64,000 nt of DNA from Pelotomaculum sp. (GCA_022839445.1 JALHFC010000006.1:2029-66028); one strand, 5' to 3'. Shown: positions 47,787-57,704, numbered from the stretch's first letter. The notes: generated by a model from the letters alone, not told the origin. Translations and numbers: made by a program.

Positions 47787-49084
47787 AACAAACAATGACA
47801 CAAGTCATGTTACCTCACTGGAAGCCCGCCGGAATAATGGGTTCAATCAGGGGAAGGACATTTTACCTGAAGAAGACTCTCTGGGTGAACTTTTAATCCA
47901 TATGCGCAGGGTGCGGGAGGCGGTCCCGGTTAACGAGCGCCTCAAGTCGGAGTTGAAGGCGCGGCTGCGCGGCTGGCCGCATTTCAGGCGGAGAGTGCCG
48001 CAAGCCGGCCCCAATTAGAAAGCGCAGCGGCCGGGAATAACGGGTGGTTTTCTGTTTTGTTGCGGCCGTGGCTTTTGTGGCTGCTGCCGGCGGCCTTGCT
48101 GATGGCTCTTTTAGGGATATGGTGGGCAAATGCAGCGCCGAAAACGATAGAAGCCGGTCAAACCAGGGAAATATGCCGCTTTTGGTCTGAAGAAAGCCCC
48201 CTGCAGTTTGCCTGCTTTCCACAGGCAAAGGGATTTCTGGTGGTAAGGGACGGGCGCCTGTACCTGCTGGATCAATACGGCAACGGGTCCGGTGTGGTCA
48301 AACCTCCCGCAGGGCAATCCTACGCTTATCCCGCCCTGACCCGTTCCGGCGACATGTTGGCGCTGGTGCGGCGGCATGACACGGGCGTCAGGGCATGCGC
48401 CTGTCCGGCCTGGCCTGGTCTCCCGACGGGCAAACTCTGGCGTATTCTCTAGGTGAACCAGGCAAAGAGAATATAATCTTCATTATGGCAAAAGGCGGAA
48501 CTCCTGAATCCTTGGGCGCCGGGGGAAGCCCCGCCTGGTCTCCGGACGGCGCCCGTCTGGTGGTGGAACGCGCCGGAGAAGGCGGGCGGCCGGAGCTGTG
48601 GCTGACAGGTCCGCAAACTGTTGAATTCCGCCTTGCGGAGGGCGGGTTGCCGGCTTGGAGCCCCAAAGGGTATCTGGCTTTTGTCAGGGTTAATATCACT
48701 GAGCGGGTGCTCGCTTTCAGGCCAGACGGGTCGCCGCTGTTTACCGTGCGGCAGCCTCAGGGGGAAATCAGGGTTCTCTGTCTCGGGCGCAAGGGCGAAC
48801 TAGGACCTGCAAGCCGGAATGGACAACCGGTTTCGGGCGACCGTCTGCTGCTGGCCCCGGATACCGGGCCCGGGAAAGATGAGCTGAACTGGCTGCGCAG
48901 GCTTGAACTGGAAGGTGCAAGGGAGCCCCGGACGTTATTGTTAAGCCAGATCAACAATTATCAGGGTTTAAGTTTTAGCCAGGATGGCAAAACCTTGCTG
49001 GTAGCCCGCCGGGAGGGGGAAGCGGCGGTTCTGGTACAGCTGAATCTGAGCGAAAAGTTGGTTAAAGGGGGTGACCGGCTATGA
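47764..49084 (+). pseudogene. anti-sigma factor with single TM and TolB-like (PD40 repeat) extracytoplasmic domain, split over three frames
   Basis: 47764-48018 is the cytoplasmic part, overlapping the sigma stop. 48057-48452 carries the TM segment LLRPWLLWLLPAALLMALLGIWW, and that frame is open upstream back to about 47945. 48395-49084 carries repeated AWSPDG motifs. Frame switches occur near 47965-47975 and 48385-48395. Confidence 0.65.
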
Positions 49085-51339
49085 GGAATAAAAACGGATT
49101 AAGTTCTTGCAATATTTTTCTATGGGCGGTCCTGGCAGCAATTATGATTACGGCGTCCCTGCCTTCTTATGCCGCAGCCGCAGTGGAGATGAGAGTAAAG
49201 CCCGGTTTAGGCGGCATGTACAAAACGGGACAGCCCGTGGAGTTGTTGATAACGGTGGAAAACAACGGGCCGGCGCTCGCTGGAATGATCCGGGTGAGGC
49301 CTGACGTGGAGCGTAAGCTCACGGAACTGGTCCGGTTTGAGAAGGAAGTCCAAATCCCTGCGGATACGACTGAGCAATTGCGCATGGTGATACCCGGCGA
49401 TATGGCCGCTCAGGCGCCGGTGGTCGAACTCGTTTCGGGTGAGACGTTGCTGGCTAAATCGCGGGTCGACGGCGCGGTAGTGAGAGGTGGCCGGTTTATC
49501 CTGGTCCTGGGCGAAAACATAATGAGCGGCGGCCTGCAAGAGTGGTTGTCCGGCAGCAGCGACTCCCAGTGGAACGTCAAGTTCCTGCCCCCTGGGGAAG
49601 TGCCTGCGGACAGCCTGCTGCTGGGTGCGGCAGACGTGATTATGATTGACCCTACCGTCTTGCCGGCCCTGGACGGTCCCCGGGTACGGGCCATAAAGGA
49701 ATGGGCGCATTTGGGCGGTTTGCTGGCGCTGTTTGGAGATTATGGGGTGTTTGAGGGGGAAAACGGTTTTTCAGATATTATTCCGGCGCCGCTTGCTTTG
49801 GAAAACGGCATACCCGGGCCGGCCAGGCGGGATCTGGGCAGGGGGCAGGTGTTTTATTGCGGGGTAGCGCCGCAGGGTTCCGGCGATGAGGCGAAAGTTG
49901 TTTGGTCTGCTTTGTTCGGCGACGGACCGGTCCTGGATGAAAATATCCCGGCGATTAAAGGCCATTCCTTATTTTATGTATACGGTGATAGTTTTCTCTC
50001 ACAGGCAAGTTCTTACATACCGCAGCTGGCCGGGCCCACGGCGCCGGTTCTGTTTATGCTGTGGCTGATCTACGTGGCGGCTGTGGGACCGGTGCTTTAT
50101 TTTCTCCTGCGCCGCGTGGACAGAAGGGACTACGCCTGGGCGCTGGCGCCCGCGCTGGCGCTGCTGGCCGGTGTCTTCTTTTATCTCCTTGCGCCCGCGG
50201 GCAGGCTGCATAACGATCTTTCTCATACCGTCGCTGTTGTCGACATACTTAACCCGGCGCTGGCTGAAGTCCGGGCGGGCGCCAGCGTTGTAGCTCCACG
50301 CGGCGGTGACGTCACCGTCCTGGCGGGGGGAAATATGTATGCCGCGCCGGCAGGCGCCATTGGCAGGGACATTCCGGTTACCGTTCACAGCAAAGGTGAA
50401 AAAGTCGCCGTCAATTTTACGGGCGTTGAATACAGGTCCCTGCGGAAAGCTCACGCTTGCGGAATTAACTGGAATATTGGCGGTATTGAAACCCGGCTAT
50501 ATCTAGAAGGGGGCAGTTTGAAAGGGGACCTGGTTAACAAAACCAACTTTGATCTGCGAAACTGCAGATTGCTCCTGGGTGACCGGGCTGTCGAGATAGG
50601 TGAACTTCCTGCCGGGGAAGCGGCTTTTATAGAGGAAAATTTGGATGTGTGGAAAGGTCCGGCCGGCCCGCGGGAGCTATTATTTGAATTACGGAACGTG
50701 GCAAGGCAAGGTCCTTATTTGCGCGAGAAACAAATTTTGATGGGATTAGGGAACTGGGAAAGCAGCAGCCGCGCGAGCATTCAATTTTTAGGATGGCATG
50801 ACGGGGCGCCGGGTGTTTTCGAGGTGGCCGGCAAGCGTGCCGGGACGGAAGACTATGGACTGGTTCTGGTCAAACAGGACATTAAAGTGGAGTTGGCCAA
50901 AGGTAAAACCAGGATTCCGCCTAGTTTAATCATCCCCTACCCGGCGGGGAATGAAACAGTTTATATGGATAAAAGTATGCCTGCGCGCGAGCGCGGCACG
51001 GCGATGATATACAACATCGGCGGGGCTGTGTCAACAGGCAATATCAGAGCAGAGGCCCTGCAGTTTCAGAGCGTGCAGTCAAAGTCCGCGCTTCCCATTG
51101 AATACACCCTGAAAGAACAGCCGCAAACGGTACTTGGTTCGCAGTTACAGGCTGCATTTCCTATTGAAATATACGACAGGCAAACAGACAAATGGGAACC
51201 TCTGCCCGGCGGGGGCGAAATATCCGGGGCGGCCGAGTTGGCCCGGTATGTTAAAGATAATAAAGTTCTGGTAAGGCCTTCCCAAGAGGGGAACATTGAA
51301 TTCTGGCCGGGCCTGGCAGTGGAAGGGGAGGTGTCCTGA
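49081..51339 (+). CDS. large membrane protein, possible GldG-like ABC-transporter auxiliary component
   Basis: 752 aa with a signal/anchor and central TM segments (PVLFMLWLIYVAAVGPVLYFLL...). The segment AADVIMIDPTVLPALDGPRVRAIKEWAHLGGLLALFGD resembles the GATase1-like ABC_transp_aux/GldG fold. ATGA overlaps with both neighbours. Confidence 0.55.
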   Translation: MRNKNGLSSCNIFLWAVLAAIMITASLPSYAAAAVEMRVKPGLGGMYKTGQPVELLITVENNGPALAGMIRVRPDVERKLTELVRFEKEVQIPADTTEQLRMVIPGDMAAQAPVVELVSGETLLAKSRVDGAVVRGGRFILVLGENIMSGGLQEWLSGSSDSQWNVKFLPPGEVPADSLLLGAADVIMIDPTVLPALDGPRVRAIKEWAHLGGLLALFGDYGVFEGENGFSDIIPAPLALENGIPGPARRDLGRGQVFYCGVAPQGSGDEAKVVWSALFGDGPVLDENIPAIKGHSLFYVYGDSFLSQASSYIPQLAGPTAPVLFMLWLIYVAAVGPVLYFLLRRVDRRDYAWALAPALALLAGVFFYLLAPAGRLHNDLSHTVAVVDILNPALAEVRAGASVVAPRGGDVTVLAGGNMYAAPAGAIGRDIPVTVHSKGEKVAVNFTGVEYRSLRKAHACGINWNIGGIETRLYLEGGSLKGDLVNKTNFDLRNCRLLLGDRAVEIGELPAGEAAFIEENLDVWKGPAGPRELLFELRNVARQGPYLREKQILMGLGNWESSSRASIQFLGWHDGAPGVFEVAGKRAGTEDYGLVLVKQDIKVELAKGKTRIPPSLIIPYPAGNETVYMDKSMPARERGTAMIYNIGGAVSTGNIRAEALQFQSVQSKSALPIEYTLKEQPQTVLGSQLQAAFPIEIYDRQTDKWEPLPGGGEISGAAELARYVKDNKVLVRPSQEGNIEFWPGLAVEGEVS

Positions 51340-52280
51340 TGATCGTTTTTGACGGGGTGAGCAAGAGCTTCGGCGCCGTTAGGGCATTGGATAATTTTAG
51401 CCTTGAGGTTAAGGAGGGCATGGTTTACGGCCTGATCGGCCCGAACGGCGCCGGTAAAACCACGGCTATGAGCATCCTGGCCACCCTCCAGTTGCCGGAC
51501 AGCGGCGCCGCTTCAGTCGGCGGGCTGGATGTGGTCAGGAAGGCGGGGGAAGTGCGGGGCATAATCGGGTATATGCCGGATTTCTTCGGTGTGTACGACG
51601 GGCTGCGGGCCGGTGAGTACCTCGAGTTTTTCGCCGCCGCATACCATATCCCTGCGGAAAAGCGAACCAACCTGGCCAATGCGCTGCTGGAACTGGTGAA
51701 CTTGCCGGATAAGGGTGACGTGTACGTGGACTCTTTGTCCAGGGGTATGAAACAGCGGCTGGCGTTGGCCCGCTGTCTGGTGCACGATCCCAAAGCGCTG
51801 ATCCTGGACGAGCCGGCCTCGGGTCTGGATCCCAGGGCGCGGGCGGAGATGAAGGAAATTATCCGGCATTTGAAAAAGCTTAACAAGACGGTTCTAATCA
51901 GTTCTCACATCCTGCCGGAGCTTGCCGAAACTTGCGACGAGGTTGCCTTTATGGATAACGGAAGGCTGGTGGCCTGCGGTACAGTGGCGGAAATCACCGC
52001 CGCGTCGCGCGGCGCCAGGCAGGTGCGGGTGGAAGTGCTGGAAAGGGCGGAAGAACTGGCCGGCTACTTGAAATCCCGGCCAGGTGTCACGGAGATGTTT
52101 GTGGACGGAACAGCGGTTCAGTTCTTTTTGGCCGGAGAGCGGGCGGAACAGGCGGGGCTGCTGCAGGAAATAATCTCGGCCGGCTGGTCCGTGGTCGGGT
52201 TTGGCGAAATAAAACGCAATCTGGAAGAGGCCTTCATGGCCGTGACCGGCGAGGAGGTTGAGAGTTTTGGCGGAAATTAA
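51339..52280 (+). CDS. ABC-2-type exporter ATP-binding protein
   Basis: Walker A GPNGAGKTT, signature LSRGMKQRLALA and Walker B LILDEP. Confidence 0.92.
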   Translation: MIVFDGVSKSFGAVRALDNFSLEVKEGMVYGLIGPNGAGKTTAMSILATLQLPDSGAASVGGLDVVRKAGEVRGIIGYMPDFFGVYDGLRAGEYLEFFAAAYHIPAEKRTNLANALLELVNLPDKGDVYVDSLSRGMKQRLALARCLVHDPKALILDEPASGLDPRARAEMKEIIRHLKKLNKTVLISSHILPELAETCDEVAFMDNGRLVACGTVAEITAASRGARQVRVEVLERAEELAGYLKSRPGVTEMFVDGTAVQFFLAGERAEQAGLLQEIISAGWSVVGFGEIKRNLEEAFMAVTGEEVESFGGN

Positions 52281-53121
52281 CCCGGTTTTGTCGAAAGAGC
52301 TGCGCCTGCGGTTCCGTACAGCGAAAACGGCCTGGCTGATCGCGCTTTACCTGTTTGTAATCGGTTCTTTTGTCCTCGGTTTCATGTATTTGAACTGGCG
52401 TCACAATCCCGAATATTTCCAGCCTAACCTCAACCAGGAGCTTTTTGCCGTCCTCAGCGTCGCTCAACTGGTCCTGCTGGCCTTTGTCACGCCGGGTTTG
52501 ACCGCAGGCGCCATCAGTGGGGAGCGGGAGCGGCAGACGCTTGACGTGCTGCTTACTACCAGGCTTAGCGCCGGGCAGATCGTCTGGAGCAAGCTGGCCT
52601 CCTCCAGCGCTTTTACGACCCTGCTGGTAATAGCAACACTGCCTCTTTACAGCATAGTGTTTATTTACGGCGGGATATCTCCGTGGCAGGTGTTGGGAGT
52701 ATTCGGTTTTTACCTGGTGACCATGTTTCTTTTTGGTTGCATCGGGATGGCCTGCTCCACGTTTTTCAGAAAAACGGGCGTCAGCACTGTCGCCGCCTAC
52801 GGCATTGCCTTCGTCCTGTCGGCGGGTACAGGCTTCCTGGCTGTTTTTCTGAATGAACTCGACCGTTTTTATCACAATGAAATGTGGCCTACGGCGAGCT
52901 GGCCGCATGGGTTTGTCTCGGGTGTGATTCAATTTTTACAGGACATCAACCCCGTATTTGTGCTTATGAAAATTCTTGGAGTTGACGGAATAGAAACGGG
53001 CGTGAGTTTCGGCCTGCCCTACTGGGGAGATTATGCTGTCTTTTACCTGGTCGCCGGGATCATACTTCTGTGCTGGAGCGCCCGCATGCTTTCCCCCAGG
53101 AAGAGAATCTATACTGATTAA
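52267..53121 (+). CDS. ABC-2-type exporter permease
   Basis: Six TM segments, beginning INPVLSKELRLRFRT as is typical of ABC-2 permeases. TTG 52267 lies 9 nt after GAGGAGG; the ORF is open from 52258. Confidence 0.8.
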   Translation: MAEINPVLSKELRLRFRTAKTAWLIALYLFVIGSFVLGFMYLNWRHNPEYFQPNLNQELFAVLSVAQLVLLAFVTPGLTAGAISGERERQTLDVLLTTRLSAGQIVWSKLASSSAFTTLLVIATLPLYSIVFIYGGISPWQVLGVFGFYLVTMFLFGCIGMACSTFFRKTGVSTVAAYGIAFVLSAGTGFLAVFLNELDRFYHNEMWPTASWPHGFVSGVIQFLQDINPVFVLMKILGVDGIETGVSFGLPYWGDYAVFYLVAGIILLCWSARMLSPRKRIYTD

Positions 53122-53198
53122 TCCCGGTGCATCCGTTACCTTATAACATTTCAAACGTCTAAATTTGTAAATGAAAATAAAAAAGGAGGAGATATATA

Positions 53199-54965
53199 AT
53201 GAAAGTCGTGAAGGCAGCCGCTGCCGCGCTGGTGGCAGTGATGTTGCTCACTACGCCTGTATGGGCCGCGGAAAAGGAGGCGTCAAACGTCCAGGTTAAC
53301 AGCGGTCCGGAGGTGATTGTGCAAGACGAGACCGCCGGACAACTGCTGTCAAAGAAGGTAGAATTGAGCCAGGCGCAGCAGAAGGTTCTGGAAAAAATTT
53401 ATGAATGTGTGCCTGAATTAAAGGAACTGGCACTAGAAAGCGTGCATGACGAGGGGGATATTACCTGGGGGGTAACTTTTAGCGACCGCAATGGCGCCGT
53501 GGAGCCGGGCATCCATTATGCTCATGCCTACCTGCATTTCGACAAGGATACAGGCCAGTTGATGAGTATGAATATCCATAACCCGGAATGGGCTTCCGAG
53601 CAATTACCGGCGACTGATCTGGCAAAAGAAAAGGCAGCCGCGTTTGCCCAAAAGCTTCTGGGGGACAAAATGAATAATTACCGGATGGGCTCTGTAGGTT
53701 ACGGCGGTGGGGGCACAGCGGACGAAAAGGGAAACATGATCTATTGGGCAAATGCAAATGTGCAGTTTAAACGCCTGATCAACGGCGTACCCTTTATGAA
53801 TAGCGGATTCCAAGTGAGTGTCGACGTTGCCGGCCATATTACCATGTATTATTCGCAAGGCTTTCATAAAAACATTGACGGTGTAAGGGATGTTGAACCG
53901 GAACTAGGTGTGTTCCCCGATCCTTGCCTGGCCGTGACGAAGGAAGAGGCGGAAAAGGCTTTTGCCGAACAGTTGGAAATGAAGCTGAGCTACGTCGGGC
54001 AGCAGCCCCTGAAGGACTCAATGTTTAATAGGGAGAAAGTCGAAACCAGGCCGGTTTTAATGTACAGTCCTTCTTATCCTTCTTGTTCTGTGCCTATAGA
54101 TGCCATGACGGGGAAACCGCTGGACGGGTTGCGGGGGCGTCTGCCGCTGACCAGCCCGGTAAAACTAGCCGGAGAGGGCAAGAAACTGGCCGCCGGGACT
54201 CCCGAAGAAGTGGCCTCCTTGCTTGCCGCTGAAACCGGCATTGATATGTCCGGCATGAAATCTGGGAGTGTGGAAGAACGGGAAGATCGTTTCGATCCCG
54301 GGGTTAAAGTAAAAGAGTACAACTGGATGTCCGAACCGCAAACAGGACCGGACGGCAAACCGGATTTCAGCACGATGCGTTATTTGCATGTTACGACACT
54401 GGCGGACACCGGTCAGGTTGTCAACTTCAACCTCCAGGATCAGTCCGGACGCGGCGAGCAGGCGGCAATATCACTGGAAGCAGCCCGTAAAACAGCGCTC
54501 CGGTTTATGCAAAAGCACCTGAAGAAAGGCGCTTGTGAGCTGGAAATGAGTATTTATTCGACTTATGAAGAGAACATTCCCGACTGGGTGGACCGGAGCA
54601 AGCTGGAAGGCTATGAGCAGCGGCCGGAATTTCATTTTTATTTCACGCGCACCCACCAGGGCATCCCGGTTTCGGATAGTTCGTACTCTGTTACGGTAGA
54701 CGGCCTGACCGGCAAGATTACAAGTTTTGTTGACGTGAACAGTGCCTCGTCCGTCACCCTGCCGGACAGCAAGAACATTGTGACGGCCGAAGCAGCCAAG
54801 GCCGAATATCTAAAGAGTAAAACCTTAAACCTGGTTTACCTCTGGCCGGAGTATTACAACCAGAAAGCGCCCAAACCTTACCTGATCTACATTCCCGAAA
54901 ACGCTGCAAGCTTGGAGTACATCGACGCCTTTACCGGCAAGATGGTGATTGTTGAAAGAGATTAA
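53199..54965 (+). CDS. secreted repeat protein (possibly PepSY/YcdB-like)
   Basis: 588 aa with signal peptide AVMLLTTPVWAAEK and strong RBS AAAGGAGGAG. The domain assignment is tentative. Confidence 0.6.
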   Translation: MKVVKAAAAALVAVMLLTTPVWAAEKEASNVQVNSGPEVIVQDETAGQLLSKKVELSQAQQKVLEKIYECVPELKELALESVHDEGDITWGVTFSDRNGAVEPGIHYAHAYLHFDKDTGQLMSMNIHNPEWASEQLPATDLAKEKAAAFAQKLLGDKMNNYRMGSVGYGGGGTADEKGNMIYWANANVQFKRLINGVPFMNSGFQVSVDVAGHITMYYSQGFHKNIDGVRDVEPELGVFPDPCLAVTKEEAEKAFAEQLEMKLSYVGQQPLKDSMFNREKVETRPVLMYSPSYPSCSVPIDAMTGKPLDGLRGRLPLTSPVKLAGEGKKLAAGTPEEVASLLAAETGIDMSGMKSGSVEEREDRFDPGVKVKEYNWMSEPQTGPDGKPDFSTMRYLHVTTLADTGQVVNFNLQDQSGRGEQAAISLEAARKTALRFMQKHLKKGACELEMSIYSTYEENIPDWVDRSKLEGYEQRPEFHFYFTRTHQGIPVSDSSYSVTVDGLTGKITSFVDVNSASSVTLPDSKNIVTAEAAKAEYLKSKTLNLVYLWPEYYNQKAPKPYLIYIPENAASLEYIDAFTGKMVIVERD

Positions 54966-55131
54966 AAGCCGGGGACATGTCCCCCTGTCCCTGAAAATAA
55001 AATTTAGGGGGTCGATCTTTAAACTTGAGCCGGTAAGAGGCACGTGCCATTATAATTGATGGATGACGCTGAAGTTTTCTAAGGGTTGTAACAATGTTAC
55101 CGGGCTATCTTATGTCGTCCAACATTAAAAA

Positions 55132-55160
55132 CGGCCACCTTAAAAGGCGGCTGTTTTTTT
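55132..55160 (+). terminator. intrinsic terminator in the spacer upstream of aspA
   Basis: CGGCCACCTT / AAGGCGGCTG imperfect stem followed by T7. Confidence 0.6.
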
Positions 55161-55303
55161 ATCAGGAAGACTATTGTTTAATTATTCGAATAGTGGGGCG
55201 GTACGGTTTTATCCGGTATTGTTGTTCAACAACAAAGGGTATCGACACCGCCAAACCCTTGAAAATATTTGCCCGGCGCCGGGTACACAATATAAAAAAA
55301 ATA

Positions 55304-55331
55304 TTGATATTTGGTTCATGTCCGTTATAAT
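55304..55331 (+). promoter_or_regulatory. sigma-A-type promoter of aspA
   Basis: TTGATA (55304-55309), a 16-nt spacer, then TATAAT (55326-55331). Confidence 0.55.
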
Positions 55332-55374
55332 AATTTATGTCGCATATTCTAAACCGACGAAGGAGATGGGTTCC

Positions 55375-56835
55375 ATGGAAAAGCGCGGAGAAGAACAGGT
55401 GCAAGGGTACAGAGTCGAACAAGATTTTATCGGAAAAATGGAAGTTCCCAGCGGAGTCTACTATGGTGTTCAAACTGCCAGGGCGTTGGAAAATTTCCCG
55501 ATCACCGGCTATCGCTTGGACGGGGCGTTGATCAGCGCTATGGGAATGGTGAAAAAAGCGACTGCTCTGGCCAACGTAAAAGCCGGCCTGCTGGATGAGC
55601 GGCGCGGGAAGGCCATCGCCGATGCTGCACAGGAAGTGATGGAAGGGAAGTTTAACGACCAGTTTGTTGTGGATCCTATCCAGGGTGGCGCCGGGACCTC
55701 TGTTAACATGAATGCCAACGAAGTCATCGCCAACCGGGCGATCGAGATCCTTGGCGGAAAGCTAGGCGACTACAGCCTGATTTCAGCCAACAACCATGTC
55801 AATATGTCACAGTCAACCAACGATGCTTTCCCGACTGCCCTGCGCATTGCCCTCCTTAACAAAGCCAAAGCCCTGTTGCAGGCGACAGGGGAGGTGGAAA
55901 AGGAGCTAAGGCTAAAATCAGTTGAGTTTGACGATGTCTTGAAAATAGGGCGCTCGCACCTACAGGACGCCGTGCCGGTTCGGATGGGGCAGGAGTTCGG
56001 AGCCTACGCCGATGTGGTGGCCCGTTCCATACAGCGGTTGAAGCAATCCTGCAAAGGATTGCTGGCAGTCAACATGGGGGCAACAGCTATCGGTACTTCC
56101 CTTAACGCCGATGCTACCTACATTGATCAGGTAATCAAGAGCCTGCGTGAGATCTCCGGGATAGACTTGTGCTTAGCCGATAACCTGATCGATGCCACGC
56201 AAAACACCGACGCCTTTGTCGAATTTTCCGCTTCGATGAAAACCCTGGCCGTGGTGTTGTCCAAGATTGCCAACGACTTGCGGCTGTTAGCATCCGGACC
56301 TTACTGCGGACTGAAAGAAATCAACCTGCCCCAAATGCAGCCCGGTTCTTCCATAATGCCCGGCAAAGTAAACCCGGTGATTGCTGAAGTGGTAAACCAG
56401 GTGGCCTTTCAAGTTATAGGCAATGACTTAGTGGTGACACTAGCTTCGGAAGCCGGCCAGTTTGAGTTAAACGTCATGGAACCGGTCATGGCCTTTAACC
56501 TTTTGCACTCCGCCAACATCTTAACCAATGCGCAGCGCGTTTTTGCCAGTCGTCTAATCCGGGGAATCACAGCCAACCGGGAACGTTGCCGTGAGATGGT
56601 GGAAAATAGCGTTTGTATTGTGACTGCGCTGAACCCGCACCTGGGATACGGGATGACCTGCGCTATTGCCAAGGAAGCTATGCAAGAAGGGCGCAAGGTC
56701 CGTGACATTGTGCTGGAAAAAGGGCTTATGTCTGAAGAAAAGTTGGATAAGGTGCTTGATGCCTATGAAATGACCAAGGTGGGAATCGCCGGCAAAGAGT
56801 TCCTGGCAGGGCCTGCCGAATCGCCAGGGGAATGA
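55375..56835 (+). CDS. aspA: aspartate ammonia-lyase
   Basis: YRVEQDFIGKMEVPSGVYYGVQTARALENFPITG N-terminus, TNDAFPTA, and the signature GSSIMPGKVNP. ATG 55375 lies after GAAGGAGA. Confidence 0.88.
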   Translation: MEKRGEEQVQGYRVEQDFIGKMEVPSGVYYGVQTARALENFPITGYRLDGALISAMGMVKKATALANVKAGLLDERRGKAIADAAQEVMEGKFNDQFVVDPIQGGAGTSVNMNANEVIANRAIEILGGKLGDYSLISANNHVNMSQSTNDAFPTALRIALLNKAKALLQATGEVEKELRLKSVEFDDVLKIGRSHLQDAVPVRMGQEFGAYADVVARSIQRLKQSCKGLLAVNMGATAIGTSLNADATYIDQVIKSLREISGIDLCLADNLIDATQNTDAFVEFSASMKTLAVVLSKIANDLRLLASGPYCGLKEINLPQMQPGSSIMPGKVNPVIAEVVNQVAFQVIGNDLVVTLASEAGQFELNVMEPVMAFNLLHSANILTNAQRVFASRLIRGITANRERCREMVENSVCIVTALNPHLGYGMTCAIAKEAMQEGRKVRDIVLEKGLMSEEKLDKVLDAYEMTKVGIAGKEFLAGPAESPGE

Positions 56836-56876
56836 CCGTCTCTCACGTAAGGGGCACGAACTATAAAAGTTTATTA

Positions 56877-56915
56877 AACATAAGGACCGGCTATTTTAGT
56901 GGTCCTTATGTTTTA
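56877..56915 (+). terminator. intrinsic terminator after aspA
   Basis: A 12-bp stem AACATAAGGACC / GGTCCTTATGTT followed by TT(A)AT. Confidence 0.7.
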
Positions 56916-57289
56916 ATCCAGTATTATACCAATATTGCCAACCTTTGTAGTATTTTGGGGGTGCATGTTTTAGTGTCTAGCAATGATACTTGTTTTTGAG
57001 GTAGCCGTAGAAGGCACAAAAAATGTCACCCGGATGTAGCCGCGAACTGATTAAATGGGACACGAAGAAAATCTTAGTTCTCAAACAAGTGGAATGTTAT
57101 AAACGAAAATAGCGAAGAGAGGTGAATAGCCTAGTTTGCTGGCAGCATTCTAGGGAACAACTTTTTAGGCGCAAGCATAGGTTGATTTCTTGCTTGTAAA
57201 GAAAAGTTGTAGCCCGGCGTGGAACCTGTGAAACTGCTACCCGTTAGTCGGACGGGTGATAAACCTATTTTTTAAACCTGCTGGCCGGA

Positions 57290-57562
57290 GTGGACAGGGC
57301 GGTGAGAAACCAATTTGGCGGTCTCTACCCGGCGGAAATAATAGCCCAAGCGCTAAGGATTTTAGGCCAAGGTCTTAAAGTGTGTGTAGAAATTTCAACA
57401 ATGTCCCTGGACGCGGGTCTAATACCTTACGGGGAAGAGGTAGTTGCCGTGGCAGGTACCGGGTCCGGTGCGGACACTGCTGTGGTAATTGCGCCGGCTC
57501 ATTCCAACAGGTTTTTTGACACAAAGGTTAAAGAAATAATCTGTAAACCAAGGGAAATTTAA
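57290..57562 (+). pseudogene. C-terminal remnant of a pyruvate-kinase-alpha/beta-domain-like (PK_C) protein
   Basis: The 90 aa (FGGLYPAEIIAQALRILGQGLKVCVEISTMSLDAGLIP...GTGSGADTAVVIAPAHSN.FFDTKVKEIICKP) match only the C-terminal half of the roughly 190-aa family. In-frame stops lie just upstream. Confidence 0.6.
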
Positions 57563-57593
57563 TAATTAATAAGGTACCACAGTGTTAACAAAG

Positions 57594-57615
57594 GCCGTCC
57601 AAACGGGCGGCTTTT
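57594..57615 (+). terminator. intrinsic terminator
   Basis: GCCGTCC aaac GGGCGGC followed by TTTT. Confidence 0.65.
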
Positions 57616-57704
57616 GCTGTTAAAAGTGTTATGCTAGGGTAAAGGTAGGACTTTTGTTGTTTCCAGTGGAAGAAATAACATATTGCAGGGGGAAGGGGAA
57701 AACC

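Noticed and set aside
52234-52932. 232-aa minus-strand ORF
   Set aside because: It is antisense to the ABC-2 permease. Its basic, low-complexity composition marks it as a shadow ORF.
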